60,615 nucleotides of DNA, taken from Taibaiella helva. GTDB taxonomy: Bacteria > Bacteroidota > Bacteroidia > Chitinophagales > Chitinophagaceae. Location: contig JBEBVI010000001.1 of assembly GCA_040392805.1 (NCBI GenBank), forward strand, positions 1-60,615. The letters are read 5' to 3'. This document shows, in pieces, positions 20,752-31,200 of the stretch (positions are counted from its first letter, which is position 1; each line of letters begins with the position of its first letter). The notes beneath the pieces are model-generated. The model ran no database searches and was not told where the DNA came from. It saw nothing but the letters and a program-made list of their open reading frames with translations. Both the position numbers and the translations under genes were made by a program.

Positions 20752-20879
20752 AAGTAACCGTTTCAAAATAACTTCCCCGGTTCCAAGGCTTGGGAGATGC
20801 CCCTGCAGAGTTTAGCCTGAGCACAGCCGCAGAGGTCGACATGACGATACTTGGGGGAGGTTATTTTGACTATTATACT
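20752..20879 (+). repeat. MITE/REP-like element (family A, copy 1) between kinase and regulator
   Basis: tcaaaataacttcccc ... ggggaggttattttga inverted ends; core homologous to the 52251, 54570 and 49429 copies. Confidence 0.8.
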
Positions 20880-20886
20880 AAGAGGT

Positions 20887-21549
20887 ATGAGCAAGGATGT
20901 AATTAAAGTAAGCATAACAGATGATCATCAAATGGTCATAGATGGCCTGAGGTATATGATATCGCAAAGCGATAATATAGTTATTATGGATACCTTTAAT
21001 AGTGGGACTGCCCTGTTGGAAGGATTAACACATCGCCGGCCGGATGTTCTGTTACTGGATATCCAGCTTTCCGATTATATAGGCGATGATCTGATTCCCT
21101 TATTACTGGAACAGTATCCCGACTTAAAGATATTGGTCATTACCAGTATTGATACGCCCGTAAGAGTGAAGGAGCTGATAAGGAAGGGTTGTATGGGCTA
21201 TCTTTCTAAAAATACACAGGCAAAAATATTGGTGGAAGCAATAGAATCCGTTTACGAAGGCAAGCCATATGTAGACAGCCATCTGAAAGAAAAGATGCTT
21301 GATAATATATTTGGTTTCGAGAATAAGAAACCAAAGGAAAAAGTAATACTGACCCGAAGAGAAAAAGAGATCCTACGGATGATTGTCAATGAACATTCCA
21401 GTAAAGACATAGCAGAAAAGCTCTTTATCAGTCAAAATACAGTAGAGAACCACAGAAAGCACATAATGGAAAAAATGGAGGTAAAGAATATTGCCGGGCT
21501 TGTAAAAAAAGCATTATTGTTGGGTTTAACTGAAGCCGATTCCAATTAA
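20887..21549 (+). CDS. NarL/LuxR family response regulator, locus 1
   Basis: DDH, LLLDI (phospho-Asp), LTRREKEIL...TVENHR HTH; ATG at 20887 preferred because the longer ORF starts inside the repeat. Confidence 0.92.
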   Translation: MSKDVIKVSITDDHQMVIDGLRYMISQSDNIVIMDTFNSGTALLEGLTHRRPDVLLLDIQLSDYIGDDLIPLLLEQYPDLKILVITSIDTPVRVKELIRKGCMGYLSKNTQAKILVEAIESVYEGKPYVDSHLKEKMLDNIFGFENKKPKEKVILTRREKEILRMIVNEHSSKDIAEKLFISQNTVENHRKHIMEKMEVKNIAGLVKKALLLGLTEADSN

Positions 21550-21606
21550 GGATTTACCAACACTTCCCGTTAATATTTGATTTTTAGGATTCTGCTCCTA
21601 AACAAG

Positions 21607-21636
21607 TTGTTTGCATTTCGAAATGATCTATTTTTG
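21607..21636 (+). promoter_or_regulatory. Bacteroidota primary-sigma promoter
   Basis: TTG (21607-21609), 19 nt, then TATTTTTG (21629-21636): matches the -33/-7 consensus. Confidence 0.75.
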
Positions 21637-21642
21637 TACCAC

Positions 21643-21817
21643 TTAAGATATTAATATTATCGAACGGTACTTTATATCTCGTGAATGGGAACGTAGGAAA
21701 TTTTCAACACAACGAGAGAATAAGGCAGCTGTTCGCGCAACAGCGCGGGCGCACTTATTCGTTGTGTGGGCTTCCTACGGCCTCCGATCAGATAAGCTGT
21801 CAGCCTGCGTTTTTTTT
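21643..21817 (+). ncRNA. Structured leader RNA / candidate attenuator or sRNA
   Basis: Nested stems cgtaggaa/ttcctacg, acacaac/gttgtgt, gaataag/cttattc, gctgtt/aacagc; alternative pairing cgcgggc/gcctgcg followed by T8; homologue at 1-80. Confidence 0.65.
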
Positions 21818-21859
21818 ATAGGCTTTCCGGGAAGTACCCTATAAAACGACTAAAAAGTT

Positions 21860-22063
21860 ATGAGCCTGGAAAAAACGCTTCAATATCCCTCTTTTCCTTA
21901 TCCTGGAAGTGACTTGGTAAAATATCTCTTTACATCGGGAGTCTTTACCATATTGCTTAACGATGGGAGCATCATCCACTACGAACCCGAGGACATCGCT
22001 TCTTTTGAAGATTGGCTAAAACGGTGCCGGATACCCAATATGCGCAACAGTGACAGCAATTAG
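21860..22063 (+). CDS. Small hypothetical protein (67 aa)
   Basis: ATG after an A-rich region, downstream of a consensus promoter and structured leader; globular-looking composition. Confidence 0.6.
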   Translation: MSLEKTLQYPSFPYPGSDLVKYLFTSGVFTILLNDGSIIHYEPEDIASFEDWLKRCRIPNMRNSDSN

Positions 22064-22084
22064 TCTTGTATACGGTCCATGAGG

Positions 22085-22134
22085 ATCTTTGCCTCGTCAT
22101 GCTCCATTGCCCTGTTGCGTGAAACAATCGGCCT
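22085..22134 (+). repeat. Dispersed repeat family B, copy 1
   Basis: 38/50 identity to 23478-23527; related to the reverse complement of 47071-47120. Confidence 0.65.
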
Positions 22135-22227
22135 GTTTATATTTTGCTCCATATTCAAATTTTATTGACAGCTACTTTTGAATTTCACGAAGCCGCCTAA
22201 CAACCATAGCTTTATTTTTATAAGCTT

Positions 22228-22328
22228 GTTCATCATTGAAGCAAACGAAGAAAACCACGAAACAAGGATTGATAGTAAATACTTTACGTAGTGGCCTCTG
22301 TAATCTTTGTTTCTTTGTGCGAAATTTA
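22228..22328 (+). repeat. Dispersed palindromic repeat family C, copy 1
   Basis: Clearly aligns to the reverse complement of 55461-55557 (aagaaaac.acgaaacaa.gat.gata.taaata.tttacgtagtg...taatctttg...ctttgtg.gaaattta). Confidence 0.75.
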
Positions 22329-22421
22329 TGTACCTTTTATACAGCCTCGTGAACGTTTGGCTTATTTTTTTTGCAGGATTCTCTTTTTTTCCGCTTCTTT
22401 GCGATAAACAAATTTTTTATC

Positions 22422-23444
22422 ATGGTTATACGTAGTAAAGCCCCCTTACGAATAGGTTTAGCAGGAGGCGGAACCGATGTCAGCCCATACAGCGACTTGT
22501 TTGGTGGTGCGATACTTAACGCTACTATTTCACTATATGCCCATGCAACCATTGAGCCTTTAACTGAACCCAAGATTATTATAGAAGCTGCGGACCGTAC
22601 GGAATATCATGAGTATGACTTGTTGCCGGAGTTGCCGATCGACGGGTATCTCGACCTGGCCAAAGGTATATATAACCGTGTAGTAAAAAATTATGGCGAT
22701 GTTCCTTCGGGGTTTAAATTAACCACACATGTGGATGCCCCTGCGGGTTCCGGGCTGGGCACTTCATCTACCCTCGTCGTCGCTATCTTAGGCGCATTTG
22801 CAGAATGGATGAAGCTGCCCCTTGGCGAGTATGATGCCGCACACCTCTCGTACCAGATCGAACGGAAAGATCTTAACATGGCAGGTGGTAAGCAGGATCA
22901 GTATGCCGCAACTTTCGGTGGGGTGAATTTTATGGAATTTTACGCAGATGATAAGGTGATTGTCAACCCTTTGCGGGTAAAGCAGGAGTATTTATATGAG
23001 CTGGAAAATAATCTTCTTCTTTTTTATACCTCTACAAGCAGGATCTCGGCTACAATAATTGAAGCGCAAAGCAGGAATGTTACTGACCAGAAACCCAACT
23101 CTATTGAGGCCATGCACCATCTGAAAGAGCAGGCTCAGATGATGAAGGAAGCTTTGCTGAAAGGTAATATTGATGAAATAGGCTATATCCTGGATTTCGG
23201 CTTCCGCTACAAAAAACAGATGGCCAGCGGCATCAGCAATCCTTTAATTGATAATATATATGAAACAGCCCTGAAAGCCGGGGCCACAGGTGGGAAAATA
23301 AGCGGTGCCGGAGGTGGCGGGTTTATGACCTTTTATTGTCCTGGAACATCGAGGTATAATGTTATACAGGCTTTACAGCAGTTTGGGGGCATCTTCAACC
23401 TGTACCGGTTTGTAGAACAAGGCCTATCCACATGGAGCAAGTAA
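22422..23444 (+). CDS. hddA: GHMP kinase, D-glycero-alpha-D-manno-heptose-7-phosphate kinase-like
   Basis: RSKAPLRIGLAGGGTD, PAGSGLGTSS, GGKQDQY and GGKISGAGGGG motifs; start taken at MVIRS. Confidence 0.8.
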   Translation: MVIRSKAPLRIGLAGGGTDVSPYSDLFGGAILNATISLYAHATIEPLTEPKIIIEAADRTEYHEYDLLPELPIDGYLDLAKGIYNRVVKNYGDVPSGFKLTTHVDAPAGSGLGTSSTLVVAILGAFAEWMKLPLGEYDAAHLSYQIERKDLNMAGGKQDQYAATFGGVNFMEFYADDKVIVNPLRVKQEYLYELENNLLLFYTSTSRISATIIEAQSRNVTDQKPNSIEAMHHLKEQAQMMKEALLKGNIDEIGYILDFGFRYKKQMASGISNPLIDNIYETALKAGATGGKISGAGGGGFMTFYCPGTSRYNVIQALQQFGGIFNLYRFVEQGLSTWSK

Positions 23445-23477
23445 TACCATTTCTATATAATACCTGGTGCAATTAAA

Positions 23478-23527
23478 ATCGTTGCCTCGTGGCGCTTCTT
23501 TGCTACGTTGCGATAAATAATCGGCCT
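23478..23527 (+). repeat. Dispersed repeat family B, copy 2
   Basis: 38/50 identity to 22085-22134, same orientation. Confidence 0.65.
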
Positions 23528-23552
23528 ATATAAATCAATATGGTATAAATAC

Positions 23553-24008
23553 TTAACGGAATTTTTCAAAGAAACGCTTCATTAACGCAATGCAATCTTC
23601 GGCCAATACGCCATAAGATATAAGTGTTTTAGGATGGAATGCATGTATGGGTTGATGTGCTTCATCTTCCTTTACGTACTTTCTGTAGCCGTTTTTTTCA
23701 TCCCGTCCGCCATATACTACACGCCCTATCTTGCTCCAGCTCAAGGCGCCACAACACATTAAACAGGGTTCAATGGTTACATATAAAGTAGCTTCGGGAA
23801 GATATTTACTGCCCATCTCCGAAAATGCCGAGGTAAGCGCAATCATCTCTGCATGGGCCGTAGCGTCTTTCAGCAGCTCTACCTGGTTATAACCACGGCC
23901 AATAATTTTATCATGATCAACCACAATAGCGCCTATGGGCACTTCATCGTTTTCGAAAGCTTTCTCCGCCTCGCGCAAAGCCATGCGCATGTAATATTCA
24001 TCTGTCAT
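23553..24008 (-). CDS. tadA: tRNA adenosine deaminase
   Basis: EVPIGA, TAHAEM and EPCLMC zinc-deaminase motifs. Confidence 0.88.
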   Translation of the reverse strand: MTDEYYMRMALREAEKAFENDEVPIGAIVVDHDKIIGRGYNQVELLKDATAHAEMIALTSAFSEMGSKYLPEATLYVTIEPCLMCCGALSWSKIGRVVYGGRDEKNGYRKYVKEDEAHQPIHAFHPKTLISYGVLAEDCIALMKRFFEKFR

Positions 24009-25094
24009 TTATAGCAATCGCTTTTGCTTTTTACCATTACCTGTTACCGGGTCCAGCTTCATCCGGAAAATAGCCGCATCATATTTCCTCGGTTTATTCA
24101 CCTCCCGGTTATTTAACCCTTGGGCTACAGCACCTCCTATGGCGCCACCTATAGCACCAAAGTTAGCACCAACGGAATAGGCTACAGCGCTATGATCTTG
24201 CAGACTTAAACCATAAAGTACCTCATTATAATAAAAGTCCCCATCCATCAGCTTCATTTCTTCAAAGTCTGTTGTATACGCACGTTTACACCAGATTTTG
24301 CCATCACTAACAGCAAAAACCGTTGTATCAGCAAGATCTTTACGATCCTTGCCTTTCAGGCTATTAAGGAAAAATTTATAATAATATCTACCATCATGGG
24401 AACGCCGGGAAAAATAAACTGCCGTATCTGCAGGGGTATTGTTCTTAAATTGTTCGAAGGTATAATATACGCCTTTCTTTGGAGGTTGTGTATAAGGAAG
24501 GATATATTGTTTGGCTTCCTCCTCAATAGAAAGAATCTGGGACAGAGTAAGGGTATTTTCTGATTTTGCTATATCGGTCGTTGCAGCTTCTTCAATAAAG
24601 TCAGATATGAACAGAAGGGCAGTATCTATGAGGGCATTAAGCTTTTGCGCAGGCATTTCGTACAGCGAATCTAAGGCCAATACCGGTTGATAGCGGCCAT
24701 CTTTACCTACATAGCTACTCATTTGAATATGCACCGAGTTAACCATAGAAACCGCTGGAATTAAACTTGTTAATTCGAGGTCATGCAGTAAGATCAACAA
24801 TTCGTATTCGCCAAACGAGTCTGCATTTTGTATCATTGTTTGTGCAAATTGTCTGAGCTCTACAGAAAGGCTATCTTTAGTTACTAATTTTTTTCTCCCC
24901 GCTCCATTATGGCTTATGTTAGCCTTATTCTTTCTTGTATCTATAACATGAACCGTGTTACAGTTTACGCTACCGGAAATTTCATTTACAGGTACCAACG
25001 GTACAACAACCTCTTTTTTTGCATGTACTATATCTACTTGCAAAAATAAGATCAATAAAAATAGTGAAAACAAGGAGTAGGGACGATAGATCAT
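24009..25094 (-). CDS. Exported hypothetical protein with a C-terminal glycine-zipper-like segment
   Basis: Signal peptide from MIYRP; KGVY.TF..FKNN.P and FGAIGGAIGGA segments. Confidence 0.7.
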   Translation of the reverse strand: MIYRPYSLFSLFLLILFLQVDIVHAKKEVVVPLVPVNEISGSVNCNTVHVIDTRKNKANISHNGAGRKKLVTKDSLSVELRQFAQTMIQNADSFGEYELLILLHDLELTSLIPAVSMVNSVHIQMSSYVGKDGRYQPVLALDSLYEMPAQKLNALIDTALLFISDFIEEAATTDIAKSENTLTLSQILSIEEEAKQYILPYTQPPKKGVYYTFEQFKNNTPADTAVYFSRRSHDGRYYYKFFLNSLKGKDRKDLADTTVFAVSDGKIWCKRAYTTDFEEMKLMDGDFYYNEVLYGLSLQDHSAVAYSVGANFGAIGGAIGGAVAQGLNNREVNKPRKYDAAIFRMKLDPVTGNGKKQKRLL

Positions 25095-25219
25095 AAAACC
25101 GGTGATTGATTTGCAAATTAGGGAAATATATGCAACATTATAAGTATAAAAAAAGGAACTGTTTCCCACTTTTGCCAAATGCAAACATAAGAAACAGTTC
25201 CCCGAATTAGCTTATCTGA

Positions 25220-27046
25220 TTATTTCTTTTGCTTTAAGCGCTCTGCCTGTGCTTTCTGCATTTCTTCCAGCTTTTGCTGCCATTTTGAAGTAGAAGCCGG
25301 CTTATTACGGTTCTCTTTTATCTTAGCATGAATTTTATCTTCGTTAATGATAAACTTCTGTATAATGAATTGCTGCAGAATGCTGATAAGGTTGGAGAAC
25401 GTATAATAAAAAGTAAGACCTGCCGCCATACTGTTGAACCACCCCAGGAACATAAACGGCATGATGTAGGGCATGTACTTCAGCATTTTTGCGTTGGCAT
25501 CGTTGCCCGCGGTAGCGGTCATATTCTTGTTATACAATGCGAGGAACAAGCTGGAAGCCGTCATAAGCAAGGTGAACAAGCTCACGTGATCACCGTAAAA
25601 AGGAATATTGAATCCCAGGCTCAGGACAGAATCGTAAGCGGACAGATCTTCTGCCCACAAGAATTTGGATTGACGCAGCTGTATTGCTGTCGGGATAAAG
25701 TAGTATACCGCCAGGAGGAAAGGCATTTGTAACAGCATCGGCAGGCAGCCACCCAGCGGGTTAACACCTGCTGTGCGGTAAAGCTTCATTTGCTCCATCC
25801 CCATCTGCTGCTGGTTGTCACCATATTTTGCCCGGAGCTCTTCCAGCTCTGGTTTAAGCACCCTCATCTTCGCAGAAGAAAGATAGCTTTTATACGAGAA
25901 GAAGGAAAGCAGCAACCGGATAATAAGCGTAAGGCAGATAATAATAAGGCCGAAGCTGCTTATAAACTGGCTCAGCACATCGAAGATCGGGATGATCATC
26001 CACTTGCTTATATATTTCACAAAAAAGAACGGCCCGAAACCTAACTGGATCATTTCCTCAAGATCGATCTTATAGGCTTTCAATATCTGGTAATCATTGG
26101 GGCCCATATACCATTTAAACCCAAATGAAAAATCACCGGAAGCCTGTACCGGAACCGTAAATTCACTGTGGTTTACCGCTACGATATTGGAATCAGCTGG
26201 CTCTTTCGCATCATAGTTGCCGGTTTTAAATTCTTTATCTGCAATAATGGTAGAGTTAAAAAAATGACTACGCACGGCAAACCAGCTAACGGGCTTTTCC
26301 ATCGTTTTCTGGCCGGTGCGGGAAACGGTAAAATAATCATGCTCACCATCGTTATAACGAAAATGCACCTGCATATTCATCCGTTCGCTTTTCAGATCTT
26401 TTTCGGTATGCAGTATCTGGGTTGTCCATGAAACCGGTATATCCCTGACAGACCGCAGATCCTGTTCCATACCTATCAGGCGAAGATTGGCCGTAAGCAT
26501 ATACCCGTTTTTCGGCAGGCTATACTCCAGCACCACACTTTTGCCCGGAGCTACTGAAGCCGTCATCCTCATTAATTTACCACCATCGGGCAGGGCATTA
26601 ATTTCCGGTGTAAAGTACAGTTGATCCGTATAAACCAGCTTGCCGTTCACCGGTATGCTAAACAGCAGCTTGTTGGTATCGCCCTCGAATATATTCAGCG
26701 GTAAGCCGCTATATGTTTTAAAGCTGTCGAGACCGGCCTTAACGGGGAATCCACCCTTTGTAGTAAATAATATGCTGAGCTCACCATTGCTTAAAGCCAC
26801 TTTTTCTTCCTTACCTCTGAACGCAGCCGGCAGGGTAGAGTCGACTACAGCTATACCAGACGCACCGGAATCTGCAACGGCAGTTGTTGTATTTTCCTGC
26901 GTGAGCGGAGCCTGTAAAGCAGCTTTGGCTATAGAATCTGCAACTTGCTGTTCGCGGTACACCGCCTGTTCATGATTATTCCAGAAAATATAACCGGCAC
27001 CAAGCAGCACTAGCAGTACAAAACCAATAATTGAATTACGATCCAT
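25220..27046 (-). CDS. yidC: Membrane protein insertase YidC
   Basis: MDRNSIIG start, periplasmic domain, NPLGGCLPMLLQMP, FLWAEDLS.YD. Confidence 0.95.
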   Translation of the reverse strand: MDRNSIIGFVLLVLLGAGYIFWNNHEQAVYREQQVADSIAKAALQAPLTQENTTTAVADSGASGIAVVDSTLPAAFRGKEEKVALSNGELSILFTTKGGFPVKAGLDSFKTYSGLPLNIFEGDTNKLLFSIPVNGKLVYTDQLYFTPEINALPDGGKLMRMTASVAPGKSVVLEYSLPKNGYMLTANLRLIGMEQDLRSVRDIPVSWTTQILHTEKDLKSERMNMQVHFRYNDGEHDYFTVSRTGQKTMEKPVSWFAVRSHFFNSTIIADKEFKTGNYDAKEPADSNIVAVNHSEFTVPVQASGDFSFGFKWYMGPNDYQILKAYKIDLEEMIQLGFGPFFFVKYISKWMIIPIFDVLSQFISSFGLIIICLTLIIRLLLSFFSYKSYLSSAKMRVLKPELEELRAKYGDNQQQMGMEQMKLYRTAGVNPLGGCLPMLLQMPFLLAVYYFIPTAIQLRQSKFLWAEDLSAYDSVLSLGFNIPFYGDHVSLFTLLMTASSLFLALYNKNMTATAGNDANAKMLKYMPYIMPFMFLGWFNSMAAGLTFYYTFSNLISILQQFIIQKFIINEDKIHAKIKENRNKPASTSKWQQKLEEMQKAQAERLKQKK

Positions 27047-27279
27047 GAAATATATGCTAAAAATTGTGCGCAAAGGTAGGTAATATTCGCGTGGGATAGG
27101 GGACTTTTCGGCAATAAGACGATATTACAAGGCAAAATGCCTGATCTGGGAAAAGACGGACTGTGAAAAAATCATGGTTGTGTAAAATAAAATCAGTTAA
27201 CTAATCTTAGTTTAATAATTATTTAAGTACAAATAGCATTTTAAAATCGCTTATTCACCTTCTTAAAGATATACAATAC

Positions 27280-27313
27280 AAAAGGGGTGCATCCCATTAA
27301 AAAGATGCACCCC
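27280..27313 (-). terminator. Intrinsic terminator after the beta-barrel gene
   Basis: ggggtgcatc...gatgcacccc 10-bp stem with a short A-run at 27280-27283. Confidence 0.7.
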
Positions 27314-27336
27314 CTGAGCAATTTTCCCTTAAGTCC

Positions 27337-27978
27337 CTAATCGTCATCATCCTCTCTCGCAGATTGTACCTTCCTTTTTATCTCGCCTGAGGCTTCATTA
27401 TATATAGATCTTGCTTTTTTAGTAGAAAGATATATCTGGAAACCGATTTCAAAACCGAGCCTATGCGCAGTGGCGGTATTGCCAAAACCCACTATACCAT
27501 TATACTTAACCAAACCTTCCAGGCCGATATTCGGCGTCAGGAAATATGCCACCCCCGGCCCGATACCAAGACCAACTCCGTTAGTCGATGAATTCGGCTT
27601 TCCGGTTACAATCGTGTTCGTTCCCTGTATACCTGCATTAGCTTCCGCAAAAAATCGTGCATGTTTTAACAATTCCAGCTGTTTGCTTCCTGCATAATAC
27701 CGTCCAAAAGCCTGCACACCATAATTAAGAACAGTACCCCGGCTTTTGGCATAGTCGAATCCGAACTCAACCATCGGGCCTATTGCAATATTATCCCGGA
27801 CAAAATAGCCCACGCGCGGGTGAATGTTCAGGGCAACACTTGCCCCTTTCTGAAGCCCGACATCGAAGTTAGCCAAACCGGCTCCAACCATTATATTTCC
27901 CTTCTGAATTTGTGCATCGGCATTATTCATAAAGAATACAGCCGAAACTGCGATGAAAATTGTGCCAATTTTTTTCAT
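27337..27978 (-). CDS. Outer-membrane beta-barrel protein
   Basis: Signal peptide; QIQKGN.MVG, P.VGYF, FGRYY, GPG.AYF and GFQIYL amphipathic strands. Confidence 0.82.
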   Translation of the reverse strand: MKKIGTIFIAVSAVFFMNNADAQIQKGNIMVGAGLANFDVGLQKGASVALNIHPRVGYFVRDNIAIGPMVEFGFDYAKSRGTVLNYGVQAFGRYYAGSKQLELLKHARFFAEANAGIQGTNTIVTGKPNSSTNGVGLGIGPGVAYFLTPNIGLEGLVKYNGIVGFGNTATAHRLGFEIGFQIYLSTKKARSIYNEASGEIKRKVQSAREDDDD

Positions 27979-28268
27979 AAATAATTTATTTTGTTAGGAA
28001 TATGACAAATAAGCAATAAATATGTTTACAAGAAAAATAATTTTTTTTGAAAATTCAAATTCTGGCGACAAAATTTTTTGCTTATTGCTATAATCTATCT
28101 TCTGTAAAATTTAACAGGAAAGGACACGGCATTTTCAATATGTTATTTTCTTGTTATAAGTCCTGTCCGGGTACTAGATGGACCCGGAAAAGCGCAAATT
28201 GTATTTTATTTCTGTCCTACATAACATTTCTTTAGTTTTACAACCTTTATTAAAAAATACCAACTTAC

Positions 28269-31200
28269 ATGAATTTTAAAAAGATAAACAACATTACCGG
28301 CTGGGTCGTTTTTGCGATATCGTTTTTTGTTTATTTAATTACCATGGAGCGGACCGTCAGTTTTTGGGATTGCGGTGAATTTTTAGCTACGGCTTATAAG
28401 TTAGAGGTCGGCCACTCTCCGGGCGCTCCGCTGTTTATGCTTATCGGCCGGTTGTTTGGTATGTTTGCAAGCCCTGAAAACGTAGCCTTGTCTATCAACA
28501 GTCTTTCCGCGTTGATGAGCGCTCTGACCATTCTGTTTCTATTCTGGACGATCACCCATTTTGCCAAACGTATTTTAGACCATTCCGGAAATGAGCTCAG
28601 CTCCGGCAATATTATTTCCGTAATGGCTGCCGGTGTTATCGGTGCTCTTGCTTATACTTTTTCCGATACCTTCTGGTTTTCGGCAGTCGAAGCAGAGGTG
28701 TATGCCACTTCTTCCTTCTTCACCGCCATCGTCTTCTGGGCGATATTGAAATGGGAACATAATGCCGACGATGCGCATGCCGACAGATGGTTGGTGCTTA
28801 TCTCTTACTTAATGGGATTATCCGTAGGAGTGCACTTGCTCAACCTGCTGACTATACCTGCATTGGCTATGGTTTATTATTTCAGAAAATATAAGCCCAC
28901 GCTTACCGGAGGCATAACAGCTTTTATAATAGGTTGCTGCCTGTTAGGACTGGTGCTGGTAGGCATGATACAAGGTATACCTATCCTGGCTTCCAAGTTT
29001 GAGCTTCTTTTTGTAAACGGCTTCGGGCTGCCGTTCGATAGCGGTGCGCTGTTCTTTATCCTTTTATTGGCAGGATTGCTTACATTCTTAATTATATGGG
29101 CGAAAAAGAAAGGGAGATATAACCTGCACCTGGCAGTTATATGTGTTGTGTTCGCGCTTATCGGTTACTCCAGCTATGTAAGCATCATCATCCGTTCCAG
29201 GGCCGATGTTCCGATAGATATGACTAACCCGGACGATGTGCTTAGCCTGGTATCTTACCTTCAACGTGACCAATATGGTTCGCAACCTATAGTAACCGGC
29301 CCGGATTTTGACTCCCGGCCAACCGGCTACAAAAAAGGGAAAGCGATATATAATGAAACGAAAAACGCGAACGGCAAAGATCACTATGAGCAGGTAGGGA
29401 ACCGCCAGTCGGAGCCGGAATATTCGGCTTCGGAAAAAAGATTCTTCCCGCGCATATACAGCAACCAGCATGAAAACTTTTACCGGCAGTATCTCGGTGT
29501 CCTTGAAACAGACCGGCCCACATCTGCCGATAATTACCGGTTCTTCTTCGATTACCAGATCAACTGGATGTACTGGCGTTATTTTATGTGGAACTACGCC
29601 GGCCGTCAGAATGATTTTGCAGGAAGCGGCTATGGTGAATCTCAGAACGGCAACTGGATATCAGGGGTAAAGCCGATTGACAAAATGCTGGGTAAAGGTG
29701 ATATGGACCAGATGCCGGATTATTACAAGAACAGCAGGGCCAGGAATCAGTATTATTTCCTTCCTTTCATCTTGGGGATAGCCGGACTGGTGTACCAGTT
29801 CAACCGCAATAGGAAGGACGGCATTATTGTCGGGTTATTCTTCTTCTTTACCGGTATAGCTGTTCAGCTTTATATAAATAATACCCCGATGCAACCGCGT
29901 GAGCGGGATTATCAATATATATCTACCTACGCCTTCGCAGTATGGATAGGGCTGGGCGTACTGGTTGTCCGAGACCTTATTAACCGGGCGGTCAGGAACA
30001 CATCTACTGCCGCCGCCCTGGCTGGTGTGTTATGCCTTGTAGCTGTTCCGGTATTAATGGCTCAGCAAAACTGGGATGACCACGACCGCTCTAAGAAAAC
30101 CTTGGCCCGCAGTACGGCATATAACGTGCTCAGCAGCTGCGACAGTAATGCTATTTTATTTACCATAGGTGATAACGATACCTACCCATTATGGTATATG
30201 CAGGAGATAGAAGGTTTCAGAACGGATGTACGCATCATCAATATGAGCCTGCTGGGCATAGACTGGTATATCGACCAACTGAATTATAAGATAAATGACG
30301 CGGATGCTGTACCTATGCTCTGGAGTTACACGCAATACCAGGCAAACAAAAGAGATCTGGTGCTGTTCCAGGAAGATCCGAGGGTGCCTAAAGACCGGTA
30401 TTTTGAACTGGAGCAGGTTTTGAGCCTGGTAACGTCTGACGATAAACGTATGCAGGCACAGGTAGTAACCGGAGAATATTACAATACCTTCCCCACAAAG
30501 AACCTGATGCTAAAAGTAGACAGGCAGGCGGTGTTGCAAAGCAACCTGGTTCAGGCTGCAGACACATCAAGGATTGCAGATCATATATTGTTTAATATTA
30601 ATGGCAATACCCTGACCAAGCCACAACTGGCCTTCCTGAATATTTTAGCTGCGGTGGCTAAAGAAGGCTGGAAAAGACCCATACAATTTAGCTGCGGTTT
30701 TGCAGGAGGTGGTGAATACCAGGGGCTGGAAGAATATGTACAGATGCAGGGCCTTACCAATAAACTAATACCGGTACGCACACCCGGCTCTTCTCCCGAA
30801 ATAGGGGCGCCACAACTGGTTAACCTGGATAAATCACTTGATCTGTATCTTAACAAATTCCTTTGGGGCGGTACGGAACGCAAAGACGTGTACTTCGACG
30901 AAAAGAACAGGACCATGCTGATGACCTATCGGATAAGCGGGGCCAAAGTAGCCGAAGCGCTGACAAGAGAAGGAAGAAAAGAAGAGGCCATCAGACTCCT
31001 GGATAAGATCAATGCAAATATTACCTACGAATCGTACCACTACGACCAAACTATGTGGAGTGTTATAGCTGCATACTTCGCGGCAGGCGCGAGGGATAAA
31101 GCGGTGAAATACGGCGATATCGTGGTCCGGGACAGTGAGAAAATGATGAATTACATTTCGAACCTGCCGGAAAGCAAACGGGATTTATCCTTTAAACTGG

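Noticed and set aside
20851-20886. N-terminal extension MGEVILTIILRG of the locus 1 regulator
   Set aside because: It lies in the repeat end; ATG 20887 gives a normal receiver-domain start.
21643-21817. Assignment of the leader to a known class (tRNA, T-box, TPP, cobalamin, SAM, hairpin ribozyme)
   Set aside because: I could not find their diagnostic conserved motifs by eye; left unassigned pending an Rfam search.
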